This document shows positions 38,474 through 51,740 of a stretch of 64,000 nt of DNA, in pieces; the first letter of the stretch is position 1, and every line of letters begins with the position of its first letter. The notes beneath the pieces were generated by a model. That model saw only the letters and a program-made list of their open reading frames with translations. It was not told where the DNA came from and ran no database searches. The position numbers and the translations under genes were made by a program. Origin of the DNA: Amoebidium appalachense (Eukaryota; Protista; Ichthyosporea); NCBI GenBank assembly GCA_963693365.1, contig CAVNZM010000012.1:3609617-3673616 (forward strand), written 5' to 3'.

Positions 38474-39592
38474 GGGGGGGGGGAGACCGTTGTTTTGCTT
38501 TACTTACCAAGAAGCTGTGACAGTTACGTCGTTTGGCATCCTGACCGGCGAATTGCAACCGGGTACAGAAACGACTCAACGGAGCGCTGCAACCTCAACG
38601 AGGCACAGATTTTGCATTAAAGTGAGCAAAAAAAAAGAGATGTTAAATATATATATCCTATTGCTATGGTAGTTTGCAAGGTTCAGAGTGAAAAAACTCA
38701 AGCTTGGTATGTATCTAAATGTATCTACAGATGTATGTGCATATGACGAACGAGCACGCGAAGGAAGATCCGATTTCAAAGCTACATAACGTGCGATGTG
38801 GACATTCCTGTCTGTGTGAAAAGGCTATTATTTGCCATTTCCTACGACCATTGTGTAAACGTTATCAGGTTTAGCGCTTACAACGGAGGCAGAGCGGCGG
38901 GGGAGGTGACCAAAATGGTTGCCGAACTAGCCGCCGTAGATCATCAACTTGAAGTTGAATGTGACTGGGAGCATGTGTGTGTCAACCTAGGCCGCAAATT
39001 ATATATGTTTTCGTACAGTTTGTGTGAACCTATTTGCCGGCTAGAACATGCAGCCAGCCGGGATATGAACAATATACAATATCCCTCCCATAAGACAAAA
39101 AACAAAAAAAAGTTTCTGGGCTGAAAATGTACTATGTACCTCCACATCCACATAGCAGTCAAGTCTACGGTAGGCTGACTGGAACGTGGCACTCGTGTCA
39201 ACATACGACTACCACCAGAGGTGGGCAAAAAGCATGAAGCCCCCACGCATACACTGGGGTTTTTATTGTGCACCTGACACGCTAATACTGGACCTGTGTG
39301 ATCAGCCCGCTGCCCGGGCCAGATGTCGATGGGCCCGGCGGCGCCTCCGCCCAGCCTGTCGGCAGGACAGATGCGTGAGCCACGGGCCGGTCAAGCTCGG
39401 CGACCCAGCCGGGCCTGTCACATTTTCGGGAACGTTTTTTCTATTTTCAGCTTTTCTTTTGTCTCAGTTTTTTCAGTTTTTTTCTCAGCATCTTTCGAAG
39501 TGGGCGAGAAATTAGTAGAAAATGTGGCCACCCTCAGAAGAAGAGCTTGTAAAGCTGTACAATCTGTTTATAACATCAGCTGCTCAATCATG

Positions 39593-42187
39593 ACCACTCT
39601 CCTATCCTTGACCACTCTCCTATCCTTTTCCTACCTAAGATCTCCCTTGATCTGCTCCCCCCTCCCCCTCCCACCTTTCGCCTCCGTCTATCCCAGCTTA
39701 AGTCACAGTGGGGTAGAGTTGATGTATGTGTATGCTATGCTACGAAACACCCTATATATATGCGCCTATTAGAATCTGCACAAGCCAGGCCAGATTCACA
39801 TCTCGTACTAGATACATGCACTAACTTTATTGTTGATGATTTGATAGATCTCGGTGATTATGCTGGCGGTGGTAGGAAGGAATACCCCGATGCTCTCTTG
39901 TTACCAAACACCACTCCCGCTAGACTAGGTGAACCCCTGTCTCAAAAGGAAAGCTTGCGCCGGCTTGCTAGTATGAATCGATTTGGCCCCCCTGCTCGTA
40001 TTATTGGTGATACCACTGGAGACCCCCTCATAGACTCTGATAAGTATTTCTCGGAACTGTTTAAAGATAGGACCCCCGCTCAGAAACCTATTGTGTGGCC
40101 TGTAGACCCATCTATCCCCATAGAATCGATCCTCCCCTTTTTCAGTCCCGATGCCATATGGTCTGTGATATCTAGTTATAGCTCTAGTAAGTCTTGTGGA
40201 CCTGATGGACTCCCTGCTGGGTTTCTTAAAATCCTTGTTCCCTCCTACCCACAAAAGGAAAGTGATCGTGCTATTAAACCTGATCTTACTATCATGTTAA
40301 GCTCTCTCTTTTCTTGGTGTGTTAAATGTGGACATGTCCCGTCATCTTGGTTAGATACCTTAGTGATCCCCATAGTTAAGAAGGACTCTGAGGGCCCCAT
40401 ATCATCCTTTCGCCCCATTACACTAACCCAGGTTGTTCGTAGATTCTTTGAAGCTTGCTTACTTAGGTTATTTGCACATCACCCTAGGTTTCAATCTATT
40501 CTTCACATACACCCATGCCAATCCGCTTTTCGTAAAAACAATTCATGTTATGTTCAAATAATGGCACTGCACGATTCTATGCAAGTTGGTGCACAATATG
40601 TTGGCTTTATTGATTGGAAAACTGCTTACGATTCTGTCTCCCCTGGTCTCCTATGGGAAAAGCTTGCTGCACGGGGTGTACCACACTGCATTGGTGTTCT
40701 GTTAGAAGCACTCTTGTCTCAAACCTATGGTAGAGCTGTGGTTAATGGGCATCTTTCATATGGTTTTGCTCGTACTAGAGGTCTCTTGCAGGGTTCATTG
40801 CTTAGCCCCTTTTTGTTTAACCTATTTATAGATGATTTGGCTGTCAAGATTTACGCCGAAAACGATGACCCTATTAATAACTTTCCGCCTGCACTTCTCT
40901 ATGCTGATGATCTGTCCCTCCTTGCCCGTACCCCTAGACGCCTGCAAAGATTGTTCGATGTAGTGTCAGAGTGGTGCAAGGCAAACCTTATGATCCTTAA
41001 CATAGACAAATGTGGTGTTCTTGTACCTGATATAGCTAACAATTTACACACATTTACATTATCATCTAAACCTGTACCTATAGTTCCAGAATACAAATAT
41101 CTTGGTGTTCCGGTTGATTCTGTTGGTGTTATGTTTCCCCATATGGTCGAAAAGAGGGTAGAGTTGGCTCGTAAGCGGTTAGCTTTCTTCTCGGCTAATA
41201 TTTTTAAAGACACACCCCTCCATCCTTCTATTAGACTTACATTTATTCGCACTTTTGTCTTCCCGGCATGTGAATATGGTTTACCCCTTCTCGCCGCTTG
41301 GATCAAGAAAGAGAGAACTAGAGCGCTTAAACCCCTGGCAAATTTCCTTGAAGCAGAAGTTGCCTCCTTTCTGTCTAACAACTGTTGTAAACCTGGGCCT
41401 GTAACGCTCTCGATATATGGTCTGGTCCCAATAGCTGCTAGAGTATCCTATCTCGCGCTGAAATTCAATAAGCACATAAGCCGCTTAAAGAAGTATTTGC
41501 CCTCCCACCCTCTCTTCTCTATCCGACCTGTCCCCTCCTCACCTCTCCCCTCTTTCCTCCCCTCTCTCTCCCCTTCTCCCCTGGGCACAAATACAAATAA
41601 ACCCCGCAATAGTGTGTGTGTGACTTTGGACTGCCACTTACTTATTAAACATGTACACAATCACAAGATAATCACGCAATATAACAAATGGAAAAAGATA
41701 CCACACGACACTAGACCCGATGAAAGCATACACCTTGAAAAACTAAGCCTTATGTCTCGTTTTATATATACTGACCGCCTCAACCATATTGCCAAATATG
41801 GCACTCGCAAGTGTATAACACCTAAATACATATTACCTTCCTGTAGAACTGGTCTTTCTCTAGCTGATGGTATTATTGATCAATTACCACGCTTTTACTG
41901 TACACGTGCTATACAGTGGAGATCTAATAAGTATAAGGTGGCATCATTTGCATGCCCAAACAACACACACACACACCAGTTTAACCGGTCATGTATCGCC
42001 AAATGTAGTTTGATAGACCACATAATACCGCAACACACACACGTCACATTCACAACAGACACCCAGAAAGATAGCCTACCTGTAAATTACAACATCCTTG
42101 ATTTTATACTAAACACGCGTAACTACGACCTGTTTATTAGATGTATTGATTGGCTTGAGAAACACATCACTACAAAATTATAGCGCA

Positions 42188-42256
<69 letters not shown>

Positions 42257-42288
42257 CCAGCTGATACCGAGTGTCCCGAGGGGAGCCC

Positions 42289-42345
<57 letters not shown>

Positions 42346-42540
42346 GGGGAACCCCAACTAATTGATTTCTCCTTGTAGTCTTTATGGTGTCTCGTAGAGA
42401 AAGTAAACCCTGATATATAGTCACCACCCGACATCTATGTACGTGATCATGATATACCGCTGAGGGGATATTCCGAGCAAACCCCCCCCCCCCATACCTG
42501 AGACTGGTTCTCTTTGCCTCGAGTAAACAGCGTAAACCCC
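39593..42540 (+). mobile_element. 5'-truncated LINE, copy 2, with 8-bp TSD CAATCATG
   Basis: TSD at 39585-39592 and 42541-42548. The open frame extends 5' of the ATG to LDHSPILF, which resembles the APE C-terminal SDH motif. Confidence 0.95.
39760..42183 (+). CDS. LINE ORF2: reverse transcriptase + Cys-rich C-terminus
   Basis: KSCGPDGL, FRPITL, QSAFRKNNS, DWKTAYDSV, QGSLLSP, YADD, YKYLGV. Confidence 0.95.
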   Translation: MRLLESAQARPDSHLVLDTCTNFIVDDLIDLGDYAGGGRKEYPDALLLPNTTPARLGEPLSQKESLRRLASMNRFGPPARIIGDTTGDPLIDSDKYFSELFKDRTPAQKPIVWPVDPSIPIESILPFFSPDAIWSVISSYSSSKSCGPDGLPAGFLKILVPSYPQKESDRAIKPDLTIMLSSLFSWCVKCGHVPSSWLDTLVIPIVKKDSEGPISSFRPITLTQVVRRFFEACLLRLFAHHPRFQSILHIHPCQSAFRKNNSCYVQIMALHDSMQVGAQYVGFIDWKTAYDSVSPGLLWEKLAARGVPHCIGVLLEALLSQTYGRAVVNGHLSYGFARTRGLLQGSLLSPFLFNLFIDDLAVKIYAENDDPINNFPPALLYADDLSLLARTPRRLQRLFDVVSEWCKANLMILNIDKCGVLVPDIANNLHTFTLSSKPVPIVPEYKYLGVPVDSVGVMFPHMVEKRVELARKRLAFFSANIFKDTPLHPSIRLTFIRTFVFPACEYGLPLLAAWIKKERTRALKPLANFLEAEVASFLSNNCCKPGPVTLSIYGLVPIAARVSYLALKFNKHISRLKKYLPSHPLFSIRPVPSSPLPSFLPSLSPSPLGTNTNKPRNSVCVTLDCHLLIKHVHNHKIITQYNKWKKIPHDTRPDESIHLEKLSLMSRFIYTDRLNHIAKYGTRKCITPKYILPSCRTGLSLADGIIDQLPRFYCTRAIQWRSNKYKVASFACPNNTHTHQFNRSCIAKCSLIDHIIPQHTHVTFTTDTQKDSLPVNYNILDFILNTRNYDLFIRCIDWLEKHITTKL

Positions 42541-44167
42541 CAATCATGTTTGCTGTTGTTGGAAGGGTTTGTTACGGCTCTGGTAAATGCCGGCTATAAC
42601 ATGGCTTTACAGAACTCTCAGGCCTTGGTTTCCATAGCTAGGGCCGCTTGGGTGTCTGAAGAGTTTGGTGGGACTGTGGTTTTTGACGGGTTTGAGGTTC
42701 CCACACGTTTTTTTAATAATGAGCGCAATGCAGGCAGAAATCACTTTCCATCCACTTTCCATCCATGCAAACTGACCTCAACCGCCAGCGTCGCTGCTTT
42801 ATGAAGGCTGCGTGAACTCTGCCGCCAAAAACAGCCAATCAATGTTAAGCGCGCCAAAACTTTTAGCCAATCAGCGTTAACTGGCGACGAGCCCTGACGG
42901 GATGGAAATCGACACCTCATTTTATGGCCGACAGGCTCGTCGGGGTGGCGATGGGCCCGGCCAGGTCTAATCACACAGATCGTTGAACTGATACGAGGAA
43001 TTTGACCGCATACCAACGGCCGACGAGCCCCCGGCGGCGAGCCGATCACACAGGTCCACTGACACGGGCCCTCACGCACATCAGATGTTGATTTCAGCAT
43101 TCTTCTTTTACAAATATAGAAAATAAGCACCACTTTGATAAAAAAATGTTCAAAAAAAGGGCGTTTAGCGTGCGTTAAAAACATATATTTTCAGTATATG
43201 CATCACATTCAAATTTGAACGCGTTCGACACGCATGATCCAACTTGCAGATCACAGCCAGCTTTTTTGCCGCGCTCCAAATGCCTTTTTGAGAAAAAGCT
43301 TTAAAAGGCAATTCTGCAACGTAAGCATAGCTATTTATGGCAATCATTTCAAAGCTGAAAAACGATTGGTTAGTAAGTCTTGAAATCGGGAGCAAATGAT
43401 TGGCTTACTCTTGTGATGCCCTGATGCCAAAAAAATGTAAACAACAAAACGGTGTTCACGAGATGCACACGTGGCACCTGCACGAAATTCCGAGCCAATA
43501 TTAGCGGTATTTTTACGGTCATTAATGGCTCATTATGCATCACGTCTTACATATAGGGCTCTGTTACAAAACATTTTATATTTGAAACTTTTTTATATAT
43601 ATTAGTATAAGTCTCTGTCCCGCCGTTTGAGGTATCATTTCTCCCTCCCTAGACCATCTCCGCCTCTCTCCCCTCTCACCCGGCAGTTTATTATTCTCCG
43701 CACCATGCAGCCATGCACAGATGCTATGGCCAGCCAAAAATGGAGATGTTCCTTTGCATCATGAAAGCTTCTAGTAGGGCGGTGCCACGTCACACCACTA
43801 TCGTTAAAACCAAACATGTTAGAAACAGCTTTCTCTATTTCTTGTCCAAAACTAGCTACAATAGCTGCCCCAAGAAGAATAACAATTCCTCACGGGACCA
43901 TAGTCCAAGCAACGGACTTCCAAAAAGAAGTTGGCCAAAGAAGAACGTCAAAAAAGAAAGCCAAAACGGAGAAAAATAAAGAAAAGGTGCGACAATGTCC
44001 ATAATCATATTATTGGCATGTAGTGTAATATTAATATGTGACACAGGTACATGTTTGTGGCAGTAACTGTTTTCGAATCCTCGTTGGTTTTAAACCTTCC
44101 CTATGTCGTATCAGAATCTGTTGCCCTTTTACCACGGTGAACACCACCACCATACTAAAATCCCTCT

Positions 44168-44239
<72 letters not shown>

Positions 44240-44435
44240 ACCCATTCTCCCGTGCTCGCCCAGGCAATTTTTGTGTATTTTCACCTCACAGCAATCCAAT
44301 TCCGTAAACTCATGGATGAACTTCGCAATGAATGACTCACAACGAATCACATGTAACTGACTGCATAGGTGAATAAATGAAAACAGAACGAAAATCCCCT
44401 AGCTAGAACCCAGCAGGAGCATATGCCGAGACACC

Positions 44436-45716
44436 CTATGAGTCCAGCAGGCGGTCGTCGTCCTCTTCAGCAATGAGGCTGTCTTGGCTACCCTCCGTGG
44501 CCAGGCCCCGATAGTGCACAGTTCCCTGCACACATGTGTAATATGCAACAGTCAGATATGATTCTAATATTATGTCAAATTATTATGTTGGACTACATAC
44601 TATAGAAGAGCTACATCATAGAACACTGTCAATTCCCCAGGATGTCGTTAAATGGCTATCGTGAATGACGGGAAACAAAAGGTACCTAACTAAATTGTGT
44701 GCAAGGTGCTTTCCGAGAGAAGGGGGGGGGGGGGGGGGGGGGGAGAGGGGGGAGGGAGGAACTGAGAGAGCGAGAAAGAGAGAGACTAACAGAGAGAGAA
44801 GGGGGGGGGGGGGGGGGGGGGGGGAGATAGGAGAGAGAGAGATAGAGAGAGATAGAGATAAGGAAACAGTGAGCGAGCGAAACTTTGGGGGGTGTGGGGG
44901 GGGGGGGGGGGGGGGGGGAGGGGGGGAGAGAGAGTGTGTGTGTGTGTGTGTGTGAGGGAGACAGAGCAAGAGAGAGAGAGAGAGAGAGAGGAGAAGAGAG
45001 AAAGGGGAACCCGTATATTACACAAGGAAAAAAAAAGGGGGGGGGGGGGGGGGGGGGGGAGGGCCTCTCATTTGTATAATGGTACCTCCCACAAAGCGGG
45101 ACCCCTTTAATATGAACTCGCGTGTGGTGTGTCTATGTGTATGTATCCTTACACACACTACAGAATGCCCGTGTGTCTGTGTTTCTGATGGGGACTCCCC
45201 CCTCCCCCCCCCCCTCCCCCCCCCCCCCCCCCCCCCCCAAACACATACACACACACACCGGCGCCCTGCTAACTTTCCTCGCCTTCTCTGAGTGTTTGTG
45301 TGTTAGCGTGCGGAAATTGCAAGGGTATGTGTGCGTGTGGGTCTGTGTGTGTGTTCGTGAGCGGGTGTGGTGCAAGGGAATGCGTTGCCATGGAGTGGGA
45401 GAGTGTGAGAGCAATAGCACCATTCTTTCATGGTGTTGTGCATGTGCATGAGTGAAGAGGATATGCTTGTGTGCACGTTTGCACATGTGTGTGTGTATGT
45501 GCCATGTGCATGTGTGTGTGTGCCTGTGTATGCCGGGAGGAGGGGGAGAGGGGGAGGGGGGGGAGGGAGAGATAGTGGACGTACCGGACGGCCCATGCCA
45601 GCACCCCCCCGCTTCAAGACCCTTGAGCATGCCCCCTGGCAGAAGGTCTGCAACAACCCCATGACTTGTCAGTCCCATTACAATGTCGTCCTCTTCCAAT
45701 AACACTGTCCAATATA

Positions 45717-45792
<76 letters not shown>

Positions 45793-45970
45793 AAAAGATA
45801 AAGAAAAAAGAAGGGAACAAAGAAACAAAAGGATGAGGAGGACGAAGAAAAAGAAAGAAAACAAGAAGGCAAAAAGAAAACAGACACACACACACACACA
45901 AAGGGGAAAAAAAAAAAAGAAAAAAAAAAAGAAAGAAAAAAAAAAACTTTGAAAAGGGACCGGCAACACC

Positions 45971-46036
<66 letters not shown>

Positions 46037-47884
46037 TCTCTCTCTCTCTCTCCCCCCGTATCAACACAATACTCTTTTCTTTTCTTCCTTTCTTTTTCTT
46101 TTCTTTTCTTGCCTTTTTTTTCCCTATTTTTTGAATAAGGGGGGGGGGGGGGGGGGGGGGGGGGAGGACAAGCACTCACCGTGACAGACTCGCACAGGTT
46201 GCTCCAGAGGTCGAAGTTGGGGAAGGCATCTGGCCACGACTTTTTCAAAACAAAAAATCGGTATGCCGTGCCGCCAAACACATAGCCAACAATGCTTAGG
46301 AAGAGCCTGCAAGTGGTGGTGTTTTGTGTTAGGAAACTAACCAACAAAAATTTTGATACGGGGCCGCACAGGAATGGGAGAATGGCCGGGTTGGGAATGG
46401 AAGCTAAACAGTGATGTAATCCGGGAGGTGTGTGCTTGTGTGAGTGTGTGAGTGTGGCGTATGCGGGCACGCAGACATGAGTGGGACGAGAGAGGGGGGG
46501 AGGGGAGGGAGGGAGGGAGGGAGGGAGGGAGGGGGGGGAGAGAGAGAGAGAGGGGGGGGGGGGGGGGAGAGGGAAAGAGAGCGAGAGAGGGCGAGGAGGG
46601 GGGAGGGGGGGAGGGAGAGAGAGAGCGCGCGAGAGAGATGGAGGCTCACTCAAACGCCCCACAGCGTGGAACACCAATGCACACCAAATACTTACCCCAT
46701 CTTGTGTGGGTGGGATGATGGATGAGGGTGGAAATGGTTTTTCTTTCTTTCTTTCTTTCTTTTATTTATTTATTTATTTTCTTTTTTTTTTTTTTTGGGG
46801 GGGGGGGGGGGCAGAGGCTGTGGATGGATGTGCGTGGGGTGGTGAGACGTGGTGGTGTGTGTGTGGTTGGTGGCGGTGGTGGTGGTGGGGGGGGGGGGGG
46901 GGGGGGGGGGGGGTTGAATGCGGAACACAATACGAAGTACGCATACACGATGAGAAGCATGGTGCAGGACACATGCAAAGGCAAACATTCAAGTATGCAA
47001 CATCAGCCATGTGCACAGTATGCGTCATAAGCAGAGCCCATCCTCAGGGGGGGGGGGGGGGGGGGGGGGATTACAGCAAGAAAAAGGTGCCGAAAAAGCC
47101 CATGCCGCTGTTACTAGCCTCTGTTACAGGGCATGCATATGGTGTCAGCCACTCGAAGGAATACGTGCAGTTGTCCTCATTGATCAGCGACGGGGGGTTA
47201 TCCTGTGTGCACGAAAACGTGAGAACAATTATTTAGTGGTAGAGTATGTTGAGTTTTGGGCTTCCCACTCTGTTTGTATTTGTTCTTTCAGCATATTCAT
47301 CCGTACTTTGCATCCATATTCCCTCCCTCCCTCCCTCCCTCCCCCCGCCCCTCCCTCCCTCCCCCCCCAAAAAAGAAAGAAAGAAAAGGGTGGGAAGGGG
47401 GGGGGGGGGGGGGGGGGGGAGGGGGGGGGGGGGGGGGGGAAGGAAGGGAAAAAAAGAAAGAAAGAGGAAAAAAAACCCCCCCACTCCCACCTCCACCACA
47501 CATGCACGTAAAAACATACACACAGACACAGGCATGTACACACTCACCTCCCCCTCCCCCCTCCCCCTCCCCGAATATAGCCCCTGCCCCCATGCGCTCC
47601 AAACACCCACAAACATGCACATCCTCCGCTCCGGCTCCCCTGATCATTTGATGATAGGTGGTCGGTGAGTAATATGTGTCTGTGTTGAATGCATATACAT
47701 GGGAACTACTAAACGTGTGTATGCCGTAATCAATCCTGGTATTGATTATTAAAGTGGCTCTCTACATGTTAATGTACATTAAGGTTGACCGGAATCCAAA
47801 ACGAGCTCTATCATAGCCCGGCTGTTTTCCTAATCTCAAATCTATTCCCTTGCCCTAACAACCAGTGTGTATGTAGGTCGCAGG

Positions 47885-47925
<41 letters not shown>

Positions 47926-48262
47926 CCCGCCCCGCCCGCCCAAAAAAAAAAAAAAAAAAAAAGGACGGAGGTTGGGGGGTGGGGGTGGGAGAATCATGCC
48001 ACAGTGCTACGTCTCCAAGAAAAAAAGGAGGGGAGCTGGAGGGGGCGGGGAACGGGAGTGGGGGAAATGCCACAGCCCTGTCACCCCCCAAAAAGTGCAA
48101 TGATCACCCCAAGAACGCATAAAGCCAAAGCCTGACACCTGACTTTAGTAGCCACTCCTATCAGGTCCCTGCAACCCTGTGCGCCTGTACAGACACCAGG
48201 GCCCAGCATAATGCCCGCATACGCTTGCGTGTGATGCATATACATATATCTACATATCTAAG

Positions 48263-48293
<31 letters not shown>

Positions 48294-48294
48294 G

Positions 48295-48325
<31 letters not shown>

Positions 48326-48556
48326 ACCCACACCCACACATACACACCCACCCACCCGCCCACACACACACATGTGTATATCGATCGATGGACTTACCGA
48401 GGGCATGGACTTCTTGCACACCAGGGAGATAATGGTGTTGCGATCTGTATCGGCACGGTGGCAGTGGCCCCCCTCCTTGTACGTCAGCCTGAGCGCACCG
48501 TCTGCGCCCCAATTCACGCAAAGTGAGAAATGGGATGGTGAGTGTAGAAACCAGAT

Positions 48557-48624
<68 letters not shown>

Positions 48625-48872
48625 CCCGGGGGAAAGGGGGGTGGGGGGTGGGGGTGGGGGGTCATAAATCGTGTGTTTAATTTTCTTCCTCATTCTTATT
48701 AGGCATTATTTCGTTTATTTTTTACTATTGTTCAGATTCATTCTTTTGTAACCCACGGTGCCGTGTGTCTTGTAATGGGTGTGCTGAAGCAGGTGCATGT
48801 TGTGCCATAATACACAAGGGGAACAGGGGAAGGTGACAAGGTGAGGGCAAAGGGGAGAGGCCAAGGGAGAGG

Positions 48873-48907
<35 letters not shown>

Positions 48908-50017
48908 GGGGGGGGGGGGGGGGTTAGAGGAGGTGGGGAAGGGGTCGACATTGGTCAGGACAGGCAGGGGTCTGACATTACCATAAAAAGGAGCAACAGT
49001 ACCGTATAGACCGATTAGAATGGCAAAAATGCAAAACGAGGTGGAGGGTGCATACAGGAATCATTCACAGCCCCCCCCCCCCCCCCCCCGGGGGGGGGGG
49101 GGGGGGGGGTAGAGTAGCAGCATACAGTCAAAGCGGATATTGTCCAAAACAACGGTAATGTAATATTACCCAAAAAAAAAAAAAAGAGGAAAGAAAAAAA
49201 AACCCTTAGTGTGCAACATCAAGTGACGAACTTCTCGGGCGAGAGAAGGGGAAGGGGAGGGAGGGGGGGGTTGGGGCGGGGGGGGGGGTTTGAATGCGGA
49301 ACACAGTACGAAGTACGCATACACGATGAGAAGCATGGTGCAGGACACATGCAAAGGCAAACATTCAAGTATGCAACATCATCCATGCGCACAGTATGCG
49401 TCATAAGCAGAGCCCAATCCTCAGGGAGGGCCCAAGTCATCAATTGCGTCTGAGTTTCGACCCCTTAGCCCGCGTATATACGACTCTCCAACTCAGACAG
49501 CAGCATCAATTGAACTTGGGAGGGTCAACCCGTCTTGATCAAAGACGAGCAGGGTTGCTTATGCAAGCAAGGTGAGCAAAACGGTGAAGATGTGTGTGCA
49601 AACTAAAGCAGTGCAGCGAAAAATGCGTACGTGCTTACAGATGCACGACACAGAGCAACCATGCCCGGTTGCATGAAAGTAAAGGGGGGGGGGGGGGGGG
49701 GGGGGATGTTTACCTTCCACCAAAGTAATCTTTGCCGTAGTGGCATCTCCGCACTCAAACACCTGATTTTCCTGTCCGACTTTAACCTGCCACACAGCAG
49801 CATGCTGCATGCAAGGTTGAGTTCATATCAGAATACTACTTGATAACCCCCCCCCCCCCCCCCCCCCCTCCCCCCCCCCCCTCCCCCCCCCCCCCCCCCC
49901 CCCCCCAAACTCCCCACCATTCCCTTTCATCCCCTTCCTTTACCCTCCCCCTCCCCCCCCCCCATCCCTCCCCCTCCCCCTGCCCCTCCTTAAAACCGCC
50001 CCCGCCACTTCCGGCTG

Positions 50018-50081
<64 letters not shown>

Positions 50082-50085
50082 AACC

Positions 50086-50117
<32 letters not shown>

Positions 50118-51677
50118 ACACACACACACAAACATCAACAGAATACTAAGCGCGCGCACCGATGTGTGTGTGCGGGGGGGGGGGGGGGGGGGAGAAGACA
50201 CTGTGAACATGAATGAAAAGGGCGCATGGAGTACTCTCTAACTCTCGCTCCCACTACAACCTTCCCGTCTCCCCTTCCTCTCCTCCCCCCCCCCCCCCCC
50301 CCCCCCCCTCTCTCTCCGTCCCTCGAACCACCCTCCAGACGCACCGACCCTCCTGCAAGAAATCTCGCCCACCCTTTCCTCCGTCTTCGATCTGCTTGGA
50401 TGATAATAGCTCATACACGATAATATACCAAACGATTATATATATATTATACGATAATAGATGATAACAATAGATGATGATAGATTCAGGGCCAGAACGA
50501 AGCATCAATGACGCCAGAAACAGAACACACAGAAATGGGTAACATCCACATTAGCTCTACAGCAACGCCATGAAATGTGCATGAGGAGGCGCACGTTTGT
50601 GTGTGTGTGTGTGTGTGTGTGCGTGCGCACCCGTATGTGTGCACCGCGTGCTGTGCTGGTGTTTGTAGCTGCACCCCTATCTAATAAAGGTAAAAGGAGG
50701 AGGAGGGGGGGGGGGTTTAAATGCAGAACACGGTACGAAGTACGCATACACGATGAGAAGCATGGTGCAGGACACATGCAAAGGCAAACATTCAAGTATG
50801 CAACATCAGCCATGCGCACAGTATGTGTCATAAGCAGAGCCCATCCTCAGGGAGGGCCCAAGTCATCAATTGCGTCTGAGTTTCGACCCCGTAGCCCGCG
50901 TATATACGACTCTTCAACTCAGACAGCAGCATCAACTGAACTTGGGAGGGTCAACCCGTCTTGATCAAAGACGAGCAGGGTTGCTTATGCAAGCAAGGTG
51001 AGCAAAACGGTGAAGATGTGTGTGCAAACTAAAGCAGTGCAGCGAAAAATGCGTATGCGCTTACAGATGCACGACACAGAGCAACCATGCCCGGTTGCAT
51101 GGAAATAAAGCGGTCTCCACACAGTGGGAGGGGGGGGGGGGGGGGGGGGGGGGGGCAAGGGGGGCCAAAGAAGAAAAGCCGGGTTAATAGGGCCGCAGCA
51201 AAAAAAAAAAGAAAAGGACGGCATGGAAAAATATTAGCATTGGTGTAAGCAGTGAGAAGTAGAAATGAAGGGGGCAGGGAGAAGATGAGGGGGGGAGGGG
51301 GGGGAGGGGTGGGTGGGTAGAACAGAGCCCATCCTCGGGGGGGGGGGGGGGGGGGGGGGGGGGGAGGGGGAGGCTACGTCATCCACAGTACCCAAGAGGG
51401 GATGGGGGGGGAGGGGAGAGAGGGGGGGGGGGGGTTGCCAAGTGTATAGGGAGGAACACATACCGTATTGCTGGCTTCGCTATTTGAGTATATGCGGTCA
51501 CACACGTTAATTGTATAGGTATATTCATTCTTCTCACTTATGTCTTTCGCCTTCCATTCTCTGTAGTGCAACAACCCCTGTCAGTTCGTGCTAGTCCCAT
51601 ATTCAGTCACGAGCCAGCCAGCCCCCCCCCCCCCCCCCCCCTCCCCCCGACATACACACACACACACACACACGCAT

Positions 51678-51740
<63 letters not shown>

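Larger units (their letters stand above)
39289..43058. mobile_element. TIR-bounded non-autonomous DNA element hosting the LINE
   Basis: Inverted termini TGGACCTGTGTGATC(A/G)GC(C/T)CGC(T/C)GCC and subterminal AGCCTGTCGGC/GCCGACAGGCT. CTGACACG occurs near both ends. Confidence 0.7.

Noticed and set aside
42410-42510. Group I intron S-like (GATATATAGTC) and R-like (CTGAGACT) motifs in the LINE 3' UTR
   Set aside because: Wrong order and no convincing P3/P7 core.
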